Shown here: piece by piece, positions 50,103 to 61,240 of the stretch
Position numbering within the stretch: the first letter of the stretch is position 1
How the letters are laid out: the number at the start of each line of letters is the position of its first letter
Origin: Methanotrichaceae archaeon
Lineage (GTDB): Archaea; Halobacteriota; Methanosarcinia; Methanotrichales; Methanotrichaceae
Direction of reading: 5' to 3'
DNA: 64,000 nt
Assembly (NCBI GenBank): GCA_963803145.1
Contig: CAWDLW010000025.1
Span: forward strand, 32,001-96,000
Notes under the pieces: generated by a model
What the model saw: only the letters and a program-made list of their open reading frames with translations
Databases searched by the model: none
Told to the model about the DNA's origin: nothing
Made by a program: the position numbers and the translations under genes

Positions 50103-50174
50103 CAGAAAGCTCCTGCTCTGTGGCTGTATGGGAGTTGAACACAATGTTAATAGGATTATCGGTGGATCATTATT

Positions 50175-50684
50175 ATGATGGAGCTTGTAATATATCATGC
50201 AAACCAGTGCGACCCCAAAAAGTGCTCAGGAAAAAAGCTGGCACGCTTTCATCTTGCCAGGCTTACAAAGCGCATAAATGATCTGCGACCTTACATCGTC
50301 CTAAGCCCATTCTCAGAGAAGGCGATATCGCCTGAGGACCGCAGCGTAAGGGGCATTGCTGCGCTAGATTGCAGTTGGGCTCATGCAGAGGAGGTTTTCA
50401 AGAGGTTGAACCTTAGGACAAGAGCGTTGCCATATCTCATTGCGGCCAATCCAGTGAATTTTGGAAAACCATTTCAACTCTCTACCGTAGAGGCTTTGGC
50501 AGCTGCTTTAGTCATACTTGGTGAGCCCGGGAAGGCAGAGGAAATATTGAGCAAATTCTCGTGGGGACATGTCTTCCTCGAAGTCAATCGTGAACCTTTA
50601 CAAGAGTATGCTTCAGCCAAAGACTCCACCGAGGTTGTTAAAATTCAGATGGCATATCTAGGATATCTATCGGAACAAATATAA
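50175..50684 (+). CDS. tsr3: 16S rRNA aminocarboxypropyltransferase (DUF367)
   Basis: [32 protein letters not shown]. Confidence 0.93.
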   Translation: MMELVIYHANQCDPKKCSGKKLARFHLARLTKRINDLRPYIVLSPFSEKAISPEDRSVRGIAALDCSWAHAEEVFKRLNLRTRALPYLIAANPVNFGKPFQLSTVEALAAALVILGEPGKAEEILSKFSWGHVFLEVNREPLQEYASAKDSTEVVKIQMAYLGYLSEQI

Positions 50685-50718
50685 GCTGCTAGAGCATATA
50701 TCCTTGGGGTGATGCTAT

Positions 50719-51219
50719 TTGGCGGGGATAATTCCCTTAGATGATCTCAGGCGCCTCCAAAAGAGCATGAACAGGCTCATGGAGGATTTGGGTCTGTCTG
50801 ACTGGGAATCCAGATATCTTGGAGAGATGCAGAGAATCCAGAAGAGAATGAATGATGTTATGGGAGAGATGGAGGTGCCGAAGGTGGAAGGCAACATAAT
50901 GATGCCCATGGCGGATGTTAAGGAAACAGACGATGCTATCGTAGTTACAATGGATCTGCCTGGCGTAGATAAAGGTGATGTAGATATATCTGTAACGGAT
51001 AATGAGCTACGTGTCGTTGCAGAGAAGAGTGCTGAATCGGAGACCTCTGATAAGGACTATCATAAGCGTGAGCGCACATACAATAGGTTTGAGCGTGTTG
51101 TTGCCCTGCCTGTAGCTGTCAAGGCGGATGAGGCAAAGGCAAGGCTTGAAAGTGGCGTGCTTGAGGTTACACTTCCCAAAGAGGTTACCACAACAAGAAA
51201 GAAGATAAATATAGATTAA
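50719..51219 (+). CDS. Small heat shock protein (Hsp20)
   Basis: DLPGV.K.DV, ER.Y..F.R...LP, GVLEVTLPK. Confidence 0.93.
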   Translation: MAGIIPLDDLRRLQKSMNRLMEDLGLSDWESRYLGEMQRIQKRMNDVMGEMEVPKVEGNIMMPMADVKETDDAIVVTMDLPGVDKGDVDISVTDNELRVVAEKSAESETSDKDYHKRERTYNRFERVVALPVAVKADEAKARLESGVLEVTLPKEVTTTRKKINID

Positions 51220-51233
51220 TCTAAATAATATTT

Positions 51234-52439
51234 TTAGCGTTCTTTCTGGAGGAGGAGGTGGTGCAGTTTATCCCTCTTTGTCTCCAAATAATGCCTGTTT
51301 ATGCTGTTCGGCGGAATTTCAAGAGGGACACGCTCAACTATCTTCAGTCCGTAGCCCTCGAGGCCAATTATCTTTCTTGGATTATTCGTGAGAAGCCTCA
51401 TCTTCCTTATGCCCAGATCAACGAGGATCTGTGCTCCGATCCCATAATCCCTTAGGTCTGGAGGATAGCCGAGCTTCGTGTTTGCCTCAACTGTGTCAGA
51501 ACCCTGGTCCTGCAACGTATATGCACGCAGCTTATTTGCAAGGCCGATTCCCCTGCCCTCCTGGTGCATATACAGAAGCACACCGTTGCCGTTCTCACTA
51601 ATGAGCTGCAGAGCCTTGCTGAGCTGCTCGCCGCAATCACAGCGCTTGGATCGAAATACATCTCCGGTAAGGCATTCCGAGTGCACTCTGACAAGAGCAT
51701 TATCCGCAGTAGGATCACCTGCCACAAGTGCGATATGGCACATGCCATCAAGAACTGACTCATAGCCTATTGCTGTGAAATCACCATATTCTGTAGGCAT
51801 GCTGACCTCTGCAACCTTGGAAACGAGCTTTTCCCTCTTCATCCTAAACTTGATGAGGCTTTCTATTGTCATCATCTTGATGCCGTGCTTCTCTGCGAAA
51901 ACCTCGAGCTGGGGCAGCCTTGCCATAGTCCCGTCCTCGGCCATGATCTCGCAAATTACGCCGCTCGGATAAAGGCCGGCTAACCTGGCAAGATCCACGC
52001 AAGCCTCAGTATGTCCTGTTCGTCTCAGAACGCCGCCACTCTTTGCTTGAAGGGGAAACATGTGGCCAGGCACAGAAAGGTCTCGCCTAGTTGTTGCAGG
52101 ATCGATAAGAGCTCGCGCTGTGGTTGCCCTATCAAAGGCTGAAATTCCTGTGGTTGTATTATGCTTGGCATCAACCGATACAGTGAAGGCAGTGCCCATC
52201 GATTCTGTGTTGGTTGATGTCATAAGCGGAAGATCAAGCTCACGAAGGCGTTCAGCAGTCATAGGCATGCAGATAAGGCCGCAGCCATAGCGGGCCAAGA
52301 AGTTGATCGATTCTGGGGTGACCTTCTCGGCTGCCATCATAAGATCGCCCTCGTTCTCGCGGTTCTCGTCATCCAATATTATTATGAATCTGCCGCTTCT
52401 GACATCTTCAATGGCCTCTTCAATACTGCAAAATGGCAT
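51234..52439 (-). CDS. ribBA: Bifunctional DHBP synthase / GTP cyclohydrolase II
   Basis: [31 protein letters not shown]...[18 protein letters not shown]. Confidence 0.95.
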   Translation of the reverse strand: MPFCSIEEAIEDVRSGRFIIILDDENRENEGDLMMAAEKVTPESINFLARYGCGLICMPMTAERLRELDLPLMTSTNTESMGTAFTVSVDAKHNTTTGISAFDRATTARALIDPATTRRDLSVPGHMFPLQAKSGGVLRRTGHTEACVDLARLAGLYPSGVICEIMAEDGTMARLPQLEVFAEKHGIKMMTIESLIKFRMKREKLVSKVAEVSMPTEYGDFTAIGYESVLDGMCHIALVAGDPTADNALVRVHSECLTGDVFRSKRCDCGEQLSKALQLISENGNGVLLYMHQEGRGIGLANKLRAYTLQDQGSDTVEANTKLGYPPDLRDYGIGAQILVDLGIRKMRLLTNNPRKIIGLEGYGLKIVERVPLEIPPNSINRHYLETKRDKLHHLLLQKER

Positions 52440-52490
52440 ATAGAATCGTTGCCGTATCCTCGGATACTTAAACCTATCCAAAATCTATTC

Positions 52491-53510
52491 TCAAGCCCAA
52501 ACACCTGATATCTTCGTACCACACTTAGGGCATGAGCCATCAACCACTGAGTTCTTCATGACCCTGTATCCCAGGCGCTCAATAAGCATTTCTCCGCAAT
52601 TGGGGCATCTAGTGCTCTCGCTTTCGCCTGTAATGTTCCCTGCATAAACATATTTTAGGCCCGCCTCATGCCCTATTCTAATGCCCTTTCTCAGGACCTC
52701 TGGGCCTGTTCTAGGCACATCCTTTAGCTTATACATCGGATAGAATGCTGAAACATGCCACGGCATATCTGTGCTCACACTCGCCAAGAATTTCGCTATT
52801 CCTTGGAGCTGATCATCTGAATCATTGTATCCAGGTATAATTAGCGTCGTGACCTCAACCCAGACGCCGCTATCCCAGAACAGCTTTATGTTCTTCTCTA
52901 CGGGTTCAAGCCTCGCCCCACAGATACGCCTGTAAAACTGATCATCGCCCTTGAGGTCTATATTATTTGCATCCATTAGGGGAATGATCTTTTTTGCTGC
53001 CTCTTCTCCCGTATATCCGTTGCTTATGAAAACATTCTTCAGGCTCTTCTCCTTTGCGAGAGTTGCCACATCATAGGCGTACTCAAAGAACATTGTGGGC
53101 TCAGTATATGTATACGCAATAGATTGGCAGCTGTTGAATTCTGCCCGCGCTACAACCTCCTCAGGAGGGACATAATCGCCCATTATTTTGCCTGTCTCCT
53201 TCGGCAACTGGGAGATATCTGAATTCTGGCAGTGAAGGCATCTGAAGTTGCAGCCCATTGTAGCTATGGAATAGGCAAGGCTTCCCGGCAGAAAATGAAA
53301 GAACGGTTTCTTCTCTATAGGGTCCACATTTGCGGCTATGAGATTTCCATAGACAAGCGTCATGAGTTTGCCAACCTGGTTCTCCCGCACACCGCAAAGG
53401 CCACGGTTGCCTGGCTTTATGTGGCAGAACTGGTTGCAAAGAGTACACTCGACATCAGCGCCCTCAAGCTTATGCCAGAACTGTGCCTCTCTAGTGCTCT
53501 CTTTAACTAT
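52491..53510 (-). CDS. AmmeMemoRadiSam-system radical SAM enzyme (PFL-activase-like)
   Basis: DPIEKKP, GCNFRCLHCQN, YTYTEP, YAGN, CPNCG; the N-terminal C..C...C.I......CGVR lies upstream of the listed GTG, start placed at in-frame ATA 53510 behind GGTGA. Confidence 0.88.
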   Translation of the reverse strand: MVKESTREAQFWHKLEGADVECTLCNQFCHIKPGNRGLCGVRENQVGKLMTLVYGNLIAANVDPIEKKPFFHFLPGSLAYSIATMGCNFRCLHCQNSDISQLPKETGKIMGDYVPPEEVVARAEFNSCQSIAYTYTEPTMFFEYAYDVATLAKEKSLKNVFISNGYTGEEAAKKIIPLMDANNIDLKGDDQFYRRICGARLEPVEKNIKLFWDSGVWVEVTTLIIPGYNDSDDQLQGIAKFLASVSTDMPWHVSAFYPMYKLKDVPRTGPEVLRKGIRIGHEAGLKYVYAGNITGESESTRCPNCGEMLIERLGYRVMKNSVVDGSCPKCGTKISGVWA

Positions 53511-53742
53511 AATATCACCACAAGAGTTTTACTATTCATATTATGATATTATGACATATAATGCTATTTCTTAACGAGGTTCCCATAAAACTAGATCTTA
53601 ATAAACGCTTTATATTTTGTACTTTCCTGGTCTGAGGTTTCCTTAGCCGTCGCTATGATTTATTGCGAAGGCGTGAAAATGTTTCAAAGACGCATAGAAA
53701 AAGAGAAAGGCTGTGGAGAGCTTTGCTCTCCAGCATCCAAAT

Positions 53743-55983
53743 TTACTGTTTCCTTCCAAGGACGAGATATGCGACTGCCATCAAGCCAGTTATGGCGAAG
53801 ATGCTCTCGAATCCGGGAGCGGGCTTGGCTGGTGTTGTTGCATTGGCCGGCTTTGTTGCGTTGGTTGGTGTCACGTTCTGTACTGGTGCGGGTGTGACAT
53901 TCTCAGTTGGTGTGACATTCTGGGCAGGTGCTGTTACGTTGGTTGGCGCTGTGACATTGGTGGGTGCAACAGGTGTTACTGGTGCGGCACCAGCGATTGT
54001 AGCGGCCTTGTATATGTAGAACCTGAGTGGATTGGCTGCAGAGATGTTATCCTGATCTGCGGTCTGGATGTATACATTCTGCATCAGGACTGTGTTCTGG
54101 TTCTTGCTCAGAGTGACTGAGTTATCCTTGTTATCCATTGTGATGGTCTTTGTTGACGGGTCGACGTTCCTGATGGACATCTTGTCGTACTGCTGATCCG
54201 TCTGGACCGTCAGGGGTGTATCGGATATCTGGTACTCTCCATCGATAGTGGCGATGTTGGTGTCAGAGCCAAGGAAGGCGTTCTTGAAGTGAACAGCTAC
54301 CTGGATGATCTTAGCTGTTTGTCCAACTGTCGTCTTATAGTAGTATGTCCGATCGCCCATTCCAGCGTTGTCTATGGACGGCTGGATGACCTGATCGTCA
54401 ACTACCTGGCCGTTCTTGGTGAGCTCGACATATACCTTGTTGCCCTTGGTATCTATGGACTTGACAGCGAGCTGATAGCCCTCTTGCAGGACCAATGGGG
54501 TAGCAGATGTGATTGTTCTCTCTGTGTTATCATCCACAAGGACCTTGCTGATCTGGTTGTTTGTCATTAGGTTCCTGTTTGTGGATGTATCATACAGATA
54601 GGCTACCTTTGCGCCAGCATTTGTAACATCTGATGTTACAGTGGGCTCATAAGCGGCAAAGTACTTGTCAGCGAGGAATCCAATTACATCATAAGTGCCC
54701 CATGCCTTGAACTTGAACTTCGCGGCCTGAGCAGTTGTGTTGTAGATGATGCCTCTGTTGCCACTGGCATCAGCGGTACCGCTGAGGGTTGCACTGGACA
54801 TATCTCCGGCTACTTGGGATGGTATAACTGTTATCGTTTCAGTGCCTATGTTCTTGTTTATATCGTAGAAGAAGCCGGCGAATGTTGACGGGTTCCAAGT
54901 AAAGCTCTGGGCGGATAGGTCAGCGACTGTTCCCCTGATCTGATATGTGCCTGGCGCTGTGTACTTCTTATATATGTAGTACCTGAGCGGATTGTCGGCA
55001 GATATGTTATCCTGATCAGCGGTCTGGACGTATACGTTCTGCATTAGAACCGAGTTCTGGTTCTTGCTCAGAGTGATTGCGTTATCCTTGTTATCCATCG
55101 TGATGGTCATCGCAGATGGGTCGACGTTCCTGACGGACATCTTGTCATACTGCTGGTCTGTCTGGACCGTTGTGGGTGTATCAGATACCTGGAATTCTCC
55201 ATCGATAGTGGCGATGTTTGTGTCAGCGCCGCGGAAGGCATTCTTGAAGTGGGCAGCTATCTGGATGATCTTAGCTGTATTTCCAATTGTTGTCTTATAG
55301 TAGTATGTCTGATCGCCCATTCCAGCACCGGTTACGGACGGCTGAATAACCTTGTCGTCAACTACCTGGCCGTTCTTGGTGAGCTCGACATATACCTTGT
55401 TGCCATCTGTATCTATGGACTTGACAGCGAGCTGATAGCCCTCTTGCAGGACCAATGGGGTAGCAGATGTGATTGTCATCTGTGTGTTATCATCCACAAG
55501 GACCTTGCTGATCTGGTTGTTTGTCATTAGGTTCCTGTTTGTGGATGTGTCATACAGATAGGCTACCTTTGCGCCAGCATTTGTAACATCTGATGTTACA
55601 GTGGGCAGATAAGCGGCAAAGTACTTGTCAGCGAGGAATCCAATTACATCATAAGTGCCCCATGCCTTGAACTTGAACTTCGCGGCCTGAGCAGTTGTGG
55701 AGTAGACGATACCTCTATTGTTACTGGCATCCGTCTGATCGCTGAGGGTTGCAGAGGACATATCTGCACTTACCTGGGATGGTCTAAATGTTAGCGATTC
55801 ATTTCCTATGTTCTTGTTTATATCGTAGTAGAAGCCAGCGAAGGTTGATGGGTTCCAAGTAACTGTGCTCTCTCCGAGATTGTGAACAGTACTGCGAACA
55901 TCCACCTCCTGTGCTGCTACAGCCATCGCTGATGCGATTAAAACTATCATCGCGGTGAGCGTGATTGCAGTCATTCTCTTCAT
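53743..55983 (-). CDS. Major S-layer protein (two DUF1608-type domains, glycosylation linker, PGF-type C-terminal anchor)
   Basis: Signal peptide, two 'W....FAGF.YDI' repeats 960 bp apart, NVT/NAT-rich linker, PGF + TM + basic tail; strong SD GGAGGT. Confidence 0.92.
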   Translation of the reverse strand: MKRMTAITLTAMIVLIASAMAVAAQEVDVRSTVHNLGESTVTWNPSTFAGFYYDINKNIGNESLTFRPSQVSADMSSATLSDQTDASNNRGIVYSTTAQAAKFKFKAWGTYDVIGFLADKYFAAYLPTVTSDVTNAGAKVAYLYDTSTNRNLMTNNQISKVLVDDNTQMTITSATPLVLQEGYQLAVKSIDTDGNKVYVELTKNGQVVDDKVIQPSVTGAGMGDQTYYYKTTIGNTAKIIQIAAHFKNAFRGADTNIATIDGEFQVSDTPTTVQTDQQYDKMSVRNVDPSAMTITMDNKDNAITLSKNQNSVLMQNVYVQTADQDNISADNPLRYYIYKKYTAPGTYQIRGTVADLSAQSFTWNPSTFAGFFYDINKNIGTETITVIPSQVAGDMSSATLSGTADASGNRGIIYNTTAQAAKFKFKAWGTYDVIGFLADKYFAAYEPTVTSDVTNAGAKVAYLYDTSTNRNLMTNNQISKVLVDDNTERTITSATPLVLQEGYQLAVKSIDTKGNKVYVELTKNGQVVDDQVIQPSIDNAGMGDRTYYYKTTVGQTAKIIQVAVHFKNAFLGSDTNIATIDGEYQISDTPLTVQTDQQYDKMSIRNVDPSTKTITMDNKDNSVTLSKNQNTVLMQNVYIQTADQDNISAANPLRFYIYKAATIAGAAPVTPVAPTNVTAPTNVTAPAQNVTPTENVTPAPVQNVTPTNATKPANATTPAKPAPGFESIFAITGLMAVAYLVLGRKQ

Positions 55984-56215
55984 CTTTTAACCTCCTATTA
56001 TCCCTATTCGGAATACTTTTGCAGCATACAGTCTGATTACTCTTAAAACTATTGCTTGGCTAAAGTCTTCGATCGCCACGAACTAATTCTGGCACCCAAG
56101 TTCCTACATGGCTACCACTGCTTTGGCGTCTCTCAGACATGTATTAGCTACATCACCCTCCTAATCCCATAGGGGATTATAGGGTAGTGATAGGTTATTT
56201 CCCTATTATATCTTT
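55984..56215 (-). promoter_or_regulatory. Probable promoter and long structured 5' leader of the S-layer gene
   Basis: AAAAAAGATATAATA about 225 nt upstream of the ATG; hairpin TAATCCC-CTAT-GGGATTA near the predicted 5' end. Confidence 0.45.
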
Positions 56216-56578
56216 TTTGGTCCTTCAATTGCGGTTTGCGACCACAGCTTCTGATATTCTGATCCCTAAGTCAGATGCGGGCCTTATACATGATAGGTCT
56301 GATCTTTAAATGCTATTTTTAATCGATATAATTCAACCGGGGCCTGAAAAAGGCGTATCTATAAAAAAGATAGCAATTAACTGCTATTACTGAGTATAAT
56401 GCATTGCTTTCCCATTTATCGGATTAATTTAGCTTATTGATGCACAAACCATCTCATCCTCCGAGGCTGAACAAGATGTTATAGAGTAATTGTACCCAGG
56501 CTATTTAAGCCGGAAACGGCAGCGAGCATCCCTTCTAAAGGAAAACTGTTTTACTTTGAAGCTTTATTTAATCTAAAT

Positions 56579-57595
56579 ATGACAGGGACAGGCATAGTCT
56601 ACCATCCCATTTATCTGGAACACGATACCGGTGGGCATCCGGAAAGAAAGGAGCGGCTCACTGCAGTACTCGAAAGGATCAAGCTAGAGAACTTAAAGGT
56701 CGAATATATCACGCCTGAGCCCGTCACTATTGATCAGATTGCTACAATTCACGGACGAAGATATATAGACCAAGTTAAGGCCATTTGCGAACATGGCGGA
56801 GGCTATTTGGATATGGACACCATACTCTCCAAGGGCTCCTATGATGCGGCACTAACCGCTGCTGGCGGGGCTATTGCAGCCGTAGACGCCGTGCTGAATG
56901 GTTTCGATAGTGCCTTTGCCTTAGTGAGGCCGCCGGGGCATCATGCAATGCCCAATCGCGGCATGGGTTTTTGCATCTTCAACAATGTGGCTATCGCGGC
57001 GAAGCATGCGCAGGCAAAAGGTCTCACGAAGATACTTATTGTGGACTCTGATGTACACCACGGCAATGGCACAAATGCCGTATTCTACTCAGATCCTTCA
57101 ATCTTATACTTCTCCACTCACCAATTCCCCCATTACCCCGGCACAGGACGAGCTACAGATGTAGGGTCGGATGGGGCCGAGGGGACAAAGGTAAATGTAC
57201 CTCTACCATCAGGCACTGGCGACGAAGGCTACGTTATGGTCTTCAAGGAGATCCTCGAGCCTATTGCTCTCGAATTCAAACCGGATATAATACTAGTATC
57301 TGCAGGCCATGACACTCATAAGGATGACCCGCTCGGAGGCATGAGAATGACGTCTGCAGGCTTCGGAGCAATAGCAAGCATAGTAAAGGGAATCGCAGAT
57401 GATTGTTGCCAGGGTAGGCTTGCCGCGACGCTTGAGGGCGGCTATAATTTGGCTGCACAGGCTGATGCGGTCGTTGCTGAGCTTAAAGCCTTTCAGGGAG
57501 CCTCTTACAGTATCCAGGGCACGGATGTTAAGGTAGTTCAGCGGATCGAAGAGATCAAGAAGATCCAAAGCCGATACTGGAAATGCTTCCGCTAA
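56579..57595 (+). CDS. Histone deacetylase family protein
   Basis: [33 protein letters not shown]. Confidence 0.92.
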   Translation: MTGTGIVYHPIYLEHDTGGHPERKERLTAVLERIKLENLKVEYITPEPVTIDQIATIHGRRYIDQVKAICEHGGGYLDMDTILSKGSYDAALTAAGGAIAAVDAVLNGFDSAFALVRPPGHHAMPNRGMGFCIFNNVAIAAKHAQAKGLTKILIVDSDVHHGNGTNAVFYSDPSILYFSTHQFPHYPGTGRATDVGSDGAEGTKVNVPLPSGTGDEGYVMVFKEILEPIALEFKPDIILVSAGHDTHKDDPLGGMRMTSAGFGAIASIVKGIADDCCQGRLAATLEGGYNLAAQADAVVAELKAFQGASYSIQGTDVKVVQRIEEIKKIQSRYWKCFR

Positions 57596-58908
57596 CAGAT
57601 TTTAGCTCTCTTTTCCAGGTAATCGCCTAGGAAAATCCTGAATGCCTTGTCCTTTATTTGAGCAAGTTCTTGGCCCATATATATTTTGTAGCCTTTTTTA
57701 ATCTCGGCAGATAAGTGCTTTCCAAGGGATATGCTCAAGATCTCAGTTTCGAGAAGATCTTTGGCCTGCGTATATTTTCTTGCCACATCAACAACAGCTC
57801 TGCCATTCTCAATATAGGGCCCTGAAAGAACATCGGGATGGGCTTCCAGGAATCTGCTAAGATTCTGCTCATCCCATACAGGCGGTCCAATCCGCCTGAT
57901 GACATTTGGCCTCTCCCATAAATCCAGCTCTAGAAGCATGCTTGCCCTTTTACTATAACTGCATACATCGCTACGCAGTACTGAAAACTCATTTCTTTCG
58001 AGGAGAGCTCTCACCGATTCCTCAGCCTTCCTGAGCTGAGGAAAAAGGATATCCTCGACCACGTGTGGAGCATCGAACTCTATAACGATGAAGCAGCTTT
58101 TTCTCTTCTGCATAGCATCTATCAAATGCTCATCAGACAGAGGCATCTGCCTTTCAGGGAAAAAGAAGTGGATATCAGGTGCATCTAGAAAGCAACGCGA
58201 TGTTGCTGTGAACTGAAGCATCTTATCCAGTGTCAATGCCGCTGCAACATTTCTCGCAGGATCAACGGGATCTACTACTATGAGTGGCTCATCGTGTTGC
58301 AACGTGGAATGCTTCTCTAGGTCTATGATCTCGCCAGGTCGCCATGATGAAGCCGCCTTGAGGGTACTTACAAAAGAGCCGTAACGAAGAATGAGCAGCT
58401 CGGCCAGATAACCTGAAAAGCCTCCAACCTTAAGCTCTGACCCATAGACTCCGATGCCCTTCATAAACTGCTTTAGTAGAAGGACCTCATCCTCAAGGCC
58501 GGCTATGCGGGATGATATATATTGTGTATGAAAGGGAGTGCGATCAACTGCCGATTTAATGCAAGTAGCACTCTCAATGAGATAGCAGGGGACTAAATCG
58601 ACATCAAAGCCTTCTATAGAAGCATGGACATAGGCATGCTCGGCATATTTCTCCTCGTGCTCAGGGGCGACAAGCCTGGCAAGCTCAAGGGCTCTATTTA
58701 GGTCCGATTCCCCGGTAACTGCGATAAATATGTCGAGATCGTGATCTCCAGCGAGCCAGGTGTTTCGAGCGGCAGACCCGACGAGGATAGCCTTACAATT
58801 TAATCCCAATGATTCTGATAGGCGATTTATACGGGATAATATGGATTCTGCTACCGATATCATCCGCTCGCGGTTTTCTGCCTTTGGCCTAACCCTATCG
58901 AGCACCAA
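57592..58908 (-). CDS. cca: CCA-adding enzyme (archaeal class I)
   Basis: [46 protein letters not shown]. Confidence 0.95.
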   Translation of the reverse strand: MVLDRVRPKAENRERMISVAESILSRINRLSESLGLNCKAILVGSAARNTWLAGDHDLDIFIAVTGESDLNRALELARLVAPEHEEKYAEHAYVHASIEGFDVDLVPCYLIESATCIKSAVDRTPFHTQYISSRIAGLEDEVLLLKQFMKGIGVYGSELKVGGFSGYLAELLILRYGSFVSTLKAASSWRPGEIIDLEKHSTLQHDEPLIVVDPVDPARNVAAALTLDKMLQFTATSRCFLDAPDIHFFFPERQMPLSDEHLIDAMQKRKSCFIVIEFDAPHVVEDILFPQLRKAEESVRALLERNEFSVLRSDVCSYSKRASMLLELDLWERPNVIRRIGPPVWDEQNLSRFLEAHPDVLSGPYIENGRAVVDVARKYTQAKDLLETEILSISLGKHLSAEIKKGYKIYMGQELAQIKDKAFRIFLGDYLEKRAKIC

Positions 58909-58909
58909 C

Positions 58910-59464
58910 TCACTGATCTGAGAGTGGGAATTCTGCGAGATCTTCGTAGATCGGGCCTCCGCTAGTTATGGTGCTCTTCTTCAAGAGAAAGCGATCGACA
59001 TGGAAGCTTCCTAAATCGATATCCCCTATCTGCGATATCTTCCGGGAGATCTGTTTTGAAATCTCAGGGCTCGGACTTTTCACTCTGCCTAGCGTTACAT
59101 GCGGGCTGAAGCCACGTTTATCGCGTTCAAAGCCGAATGGGGCCAAAGCATTTTCTACAGCCTGATAAAGCTCCAGGAAATTTCCTTCGAGCCCGAGCCA
59201 TACTACCCTTATGGATCTTCCAGGGAAAGATCCCATGCCCTTCAGTGATGCATCGAATGGCGTAGATCTTATGCTTCCTAATGCTTCAGTAATTTCACCC
59301 AATCGCTCTTCAGGAACATTTCCAAGGAACTTCAGTGTGACATGTACAAGCTCAGGCCTGACGAGCCTCAGCCCTCCTATTGCGATCTCCCTCTGGATGC
59401 GTGCGATATCGTCGCGCATTCCGGCAGGGAGATCAACGGCAACAAAGCTTCTGATCGAAGTCAT
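58910..59464 (-). CDS. thpR: RNA 2',3'-cyclic phosphodiesterase (2H family)
   Basis: Two HxT motifs ([15 protein letters not shown]), GPIY. Confidence 0.93.
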   Translation of the reverse strand: MTSIRSFVAVDLPAGMRDDIARIQREIAIGGLRLVRPELVHVTLKFLGNVPEERLGEITEALGSIRSTPFDASLKGMGSFPGRSIRVVWLGLEGNFLELYQAVENALAPFGFERDKRGFSPHVTLGRVKSPSPEISKQISRKISQIGDIDLGSFHVDRFLLKKSTITSGGPIYEDLAEFPLSDQ

Positions 59465-61110
59465 CTAAGCACGCTGCCAATGCTCGCAGAGGTCACAGAA
59501 TTCCTGTATCTGGCAAGGATTCCAGTCTTTATCTTGGGTTCAGGAGGCAACCATTTATTCCTGCGCCGCCCAAGCTCCTCTGCGCCGACTTGTAGATCCA
59601 GCTTTCTTGCGGGAATATCTATGCTTATCATATCTCCTGGCTCTACAAGAGCTATAGGACCGCCGACTGCGGCCTCTGGTGAGACATGCCCTATACATGG
59701 CCCCCTCGTGCCTCCGCTGAACCTTCCGTCTGTTATAAGCGCAACAGATTCGCTTAGACCAGCGCCCGCAATAGCAGATGTGGGTGCAAGCGTTTCCCTC
59801 ATGCCTGGCCCACCCTTCGGCCCTTCATATCTTATTACCACAACATCTCCGGGCTTCACGCCTCCGCCGACGATGCCAGCCATCGATTCCTCTTCAGAAT
59901 CGTAGATTACTGCAGGTCCCGCGTGCTTAAGCATAGATTTTGATACCGCAGTCTGCTTCACCACGGCCCCTTCGGGCGCAAGGCTGCCATGCAGTATTGC
60001 TATTCCGCCTTCGGAGTGTACTGGTGAGTCCAGAGTAGCTATGACCTCAGCGTTCGCCAACGGATTTACGGGCTTGAAATCGGCCAGCTCTTCCCCGAGG
60101 GTACGACCTGTGACCGTGAGGGCATCCAAGTTCAGCCTGGACTTGAGTCTGTCAAGGACTGCAGGTATGCCTCCTGCCCTATCAAGGTCTATCATATGGT
60201 GCTGCCCGCCCGGCCTTAGGTTGACAAGGTGAGGCGTTTCTCGGCTTAGGCTATCGAACTTATCCAGGTCAAGGTTCAATCCGAACTCTGCAGCTATCGC
60301 AGGCATATGGAGCACTGTGTTCGTGGATCCTCCTATTGCCATGTCTACGCGAATAGCGTTTTCTATTGCCTTATCCGTGACGATTTGCCTTGCTGTGATG
60401 CCACGCTCGATAAGCTCCATAAGCTTCATTCCTGATTTTTTCGCAATACGTATCTTCCGTGCATCTACTGCGTGGGTTGTTGCACATCCTGGAAGGCTCA
60501 GGCCCATAGCCTCTATGAGACAGGCCATGGTATTTGCCGTGAAAAGGCCAGCACATGAGCCTGCGCCTGGGCAGGCCATCTCCTCTAAAGCTGCAAGCGA
60601 TTCGCCGCCAGATTGCCAGCTCTCAAAAACATTGATGAGGTCCAAATCCTTATCACAGGCGTGGCCTGGAAGCATCGGCCCTCCTGTCACGACTATTGTT
60701 GGAAGATTCAGTCTGCCGGCGGCCATTACATGACCGGGCGCAATCTTATCGCACGATGGTATCATCACAAGGCCATCCAGCTGGTGGGCTTCGACCATTA
60801 TTTCTATTGAGTCTTCGATAAGCTCACGGCTTGGCAAAGAATACCTCATTCCACGATGTCCCATCGCTATTCCATCGCAGACTCCTATAGTCTGGAACTC
60901 GAAAGGAACTCCGCCGGCTGAACGCACCCCTGCCTTCGCTGCCTGGCCGATCTTATCTAGATGTATATGTCCGGGTATGAACTCATTCCATGAGTTTACT
61001 ATGCCTATAAAGGGACGTTCTATCTCCTCATCCGTAAGGCCGGTAGCCTTGAATAGAGCCCTGTGAGGCGCGCGCTCTGCCCCGACCTTGGTTATGTCAC
61101 TTCTCATCAA
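59461..61110 (-). CDS. ilvD: Dihydroxy-acid dehydratase
   Basis: [42 protein letters not shown]. Confidence 0.96.
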   Translation of the reverse strand: MMRSDITKVGAERAPHRALFKATGLTDEEIERPFIGIVNSWNEFIPGHIHLDKIGQAAKAGVRSAGGVPFEFQTIGVCDGIAMGHRGMRYSLPSRELIEDSIEIMVEAHQLDGLVMIPSCDKIAPGHVMAAGRLNLPTIVVTGGPMLPGHACDKDLDLINVFESWQSGGESLAALEEMACPGAGSCAGLFTANTMACLIEAMGLSLPGCATTHAVDARKIRIAKKSGMKLMELIERGITARQIVTDKAIENAIRVDMAIGGSTNTVLHMPAIAAEFGLNLDLDKFDSLSRETPHLVNLRPGGQHHMIDLDRAGGIPAVLDRLKSRLNLDALTVTGRTLGEELADFKPVNPLANAEVIATLDSPVHSEGGIAILHGSLAPEGAVVKQTAVSKSMLKHAGPAVIYDSEEESMAGIVGGGVKPGDVVVIRYEGPKGGPGMRETLAPTSAIAGAGLSESVALITDGRFSGGTRGPCIGHVSPEAAVGGPIALVEPGDMISIDIPARKLDLQVGAEELGRRRNKWLPPEPKIKTGILARYRNSVTSASIGSVLR

Positions 61111-61240
61111 ACAACCTCTGTATTAAATTAATCAACCGAATTTGAGGCTCAAGAAACTTGAGCTGAATAGTCTTTCCTCCGGAAAACTGTCGTCCTACAT
61201 ATTAAATATACCCAGATCTTATGCTTCCCCTCGTGATCGA

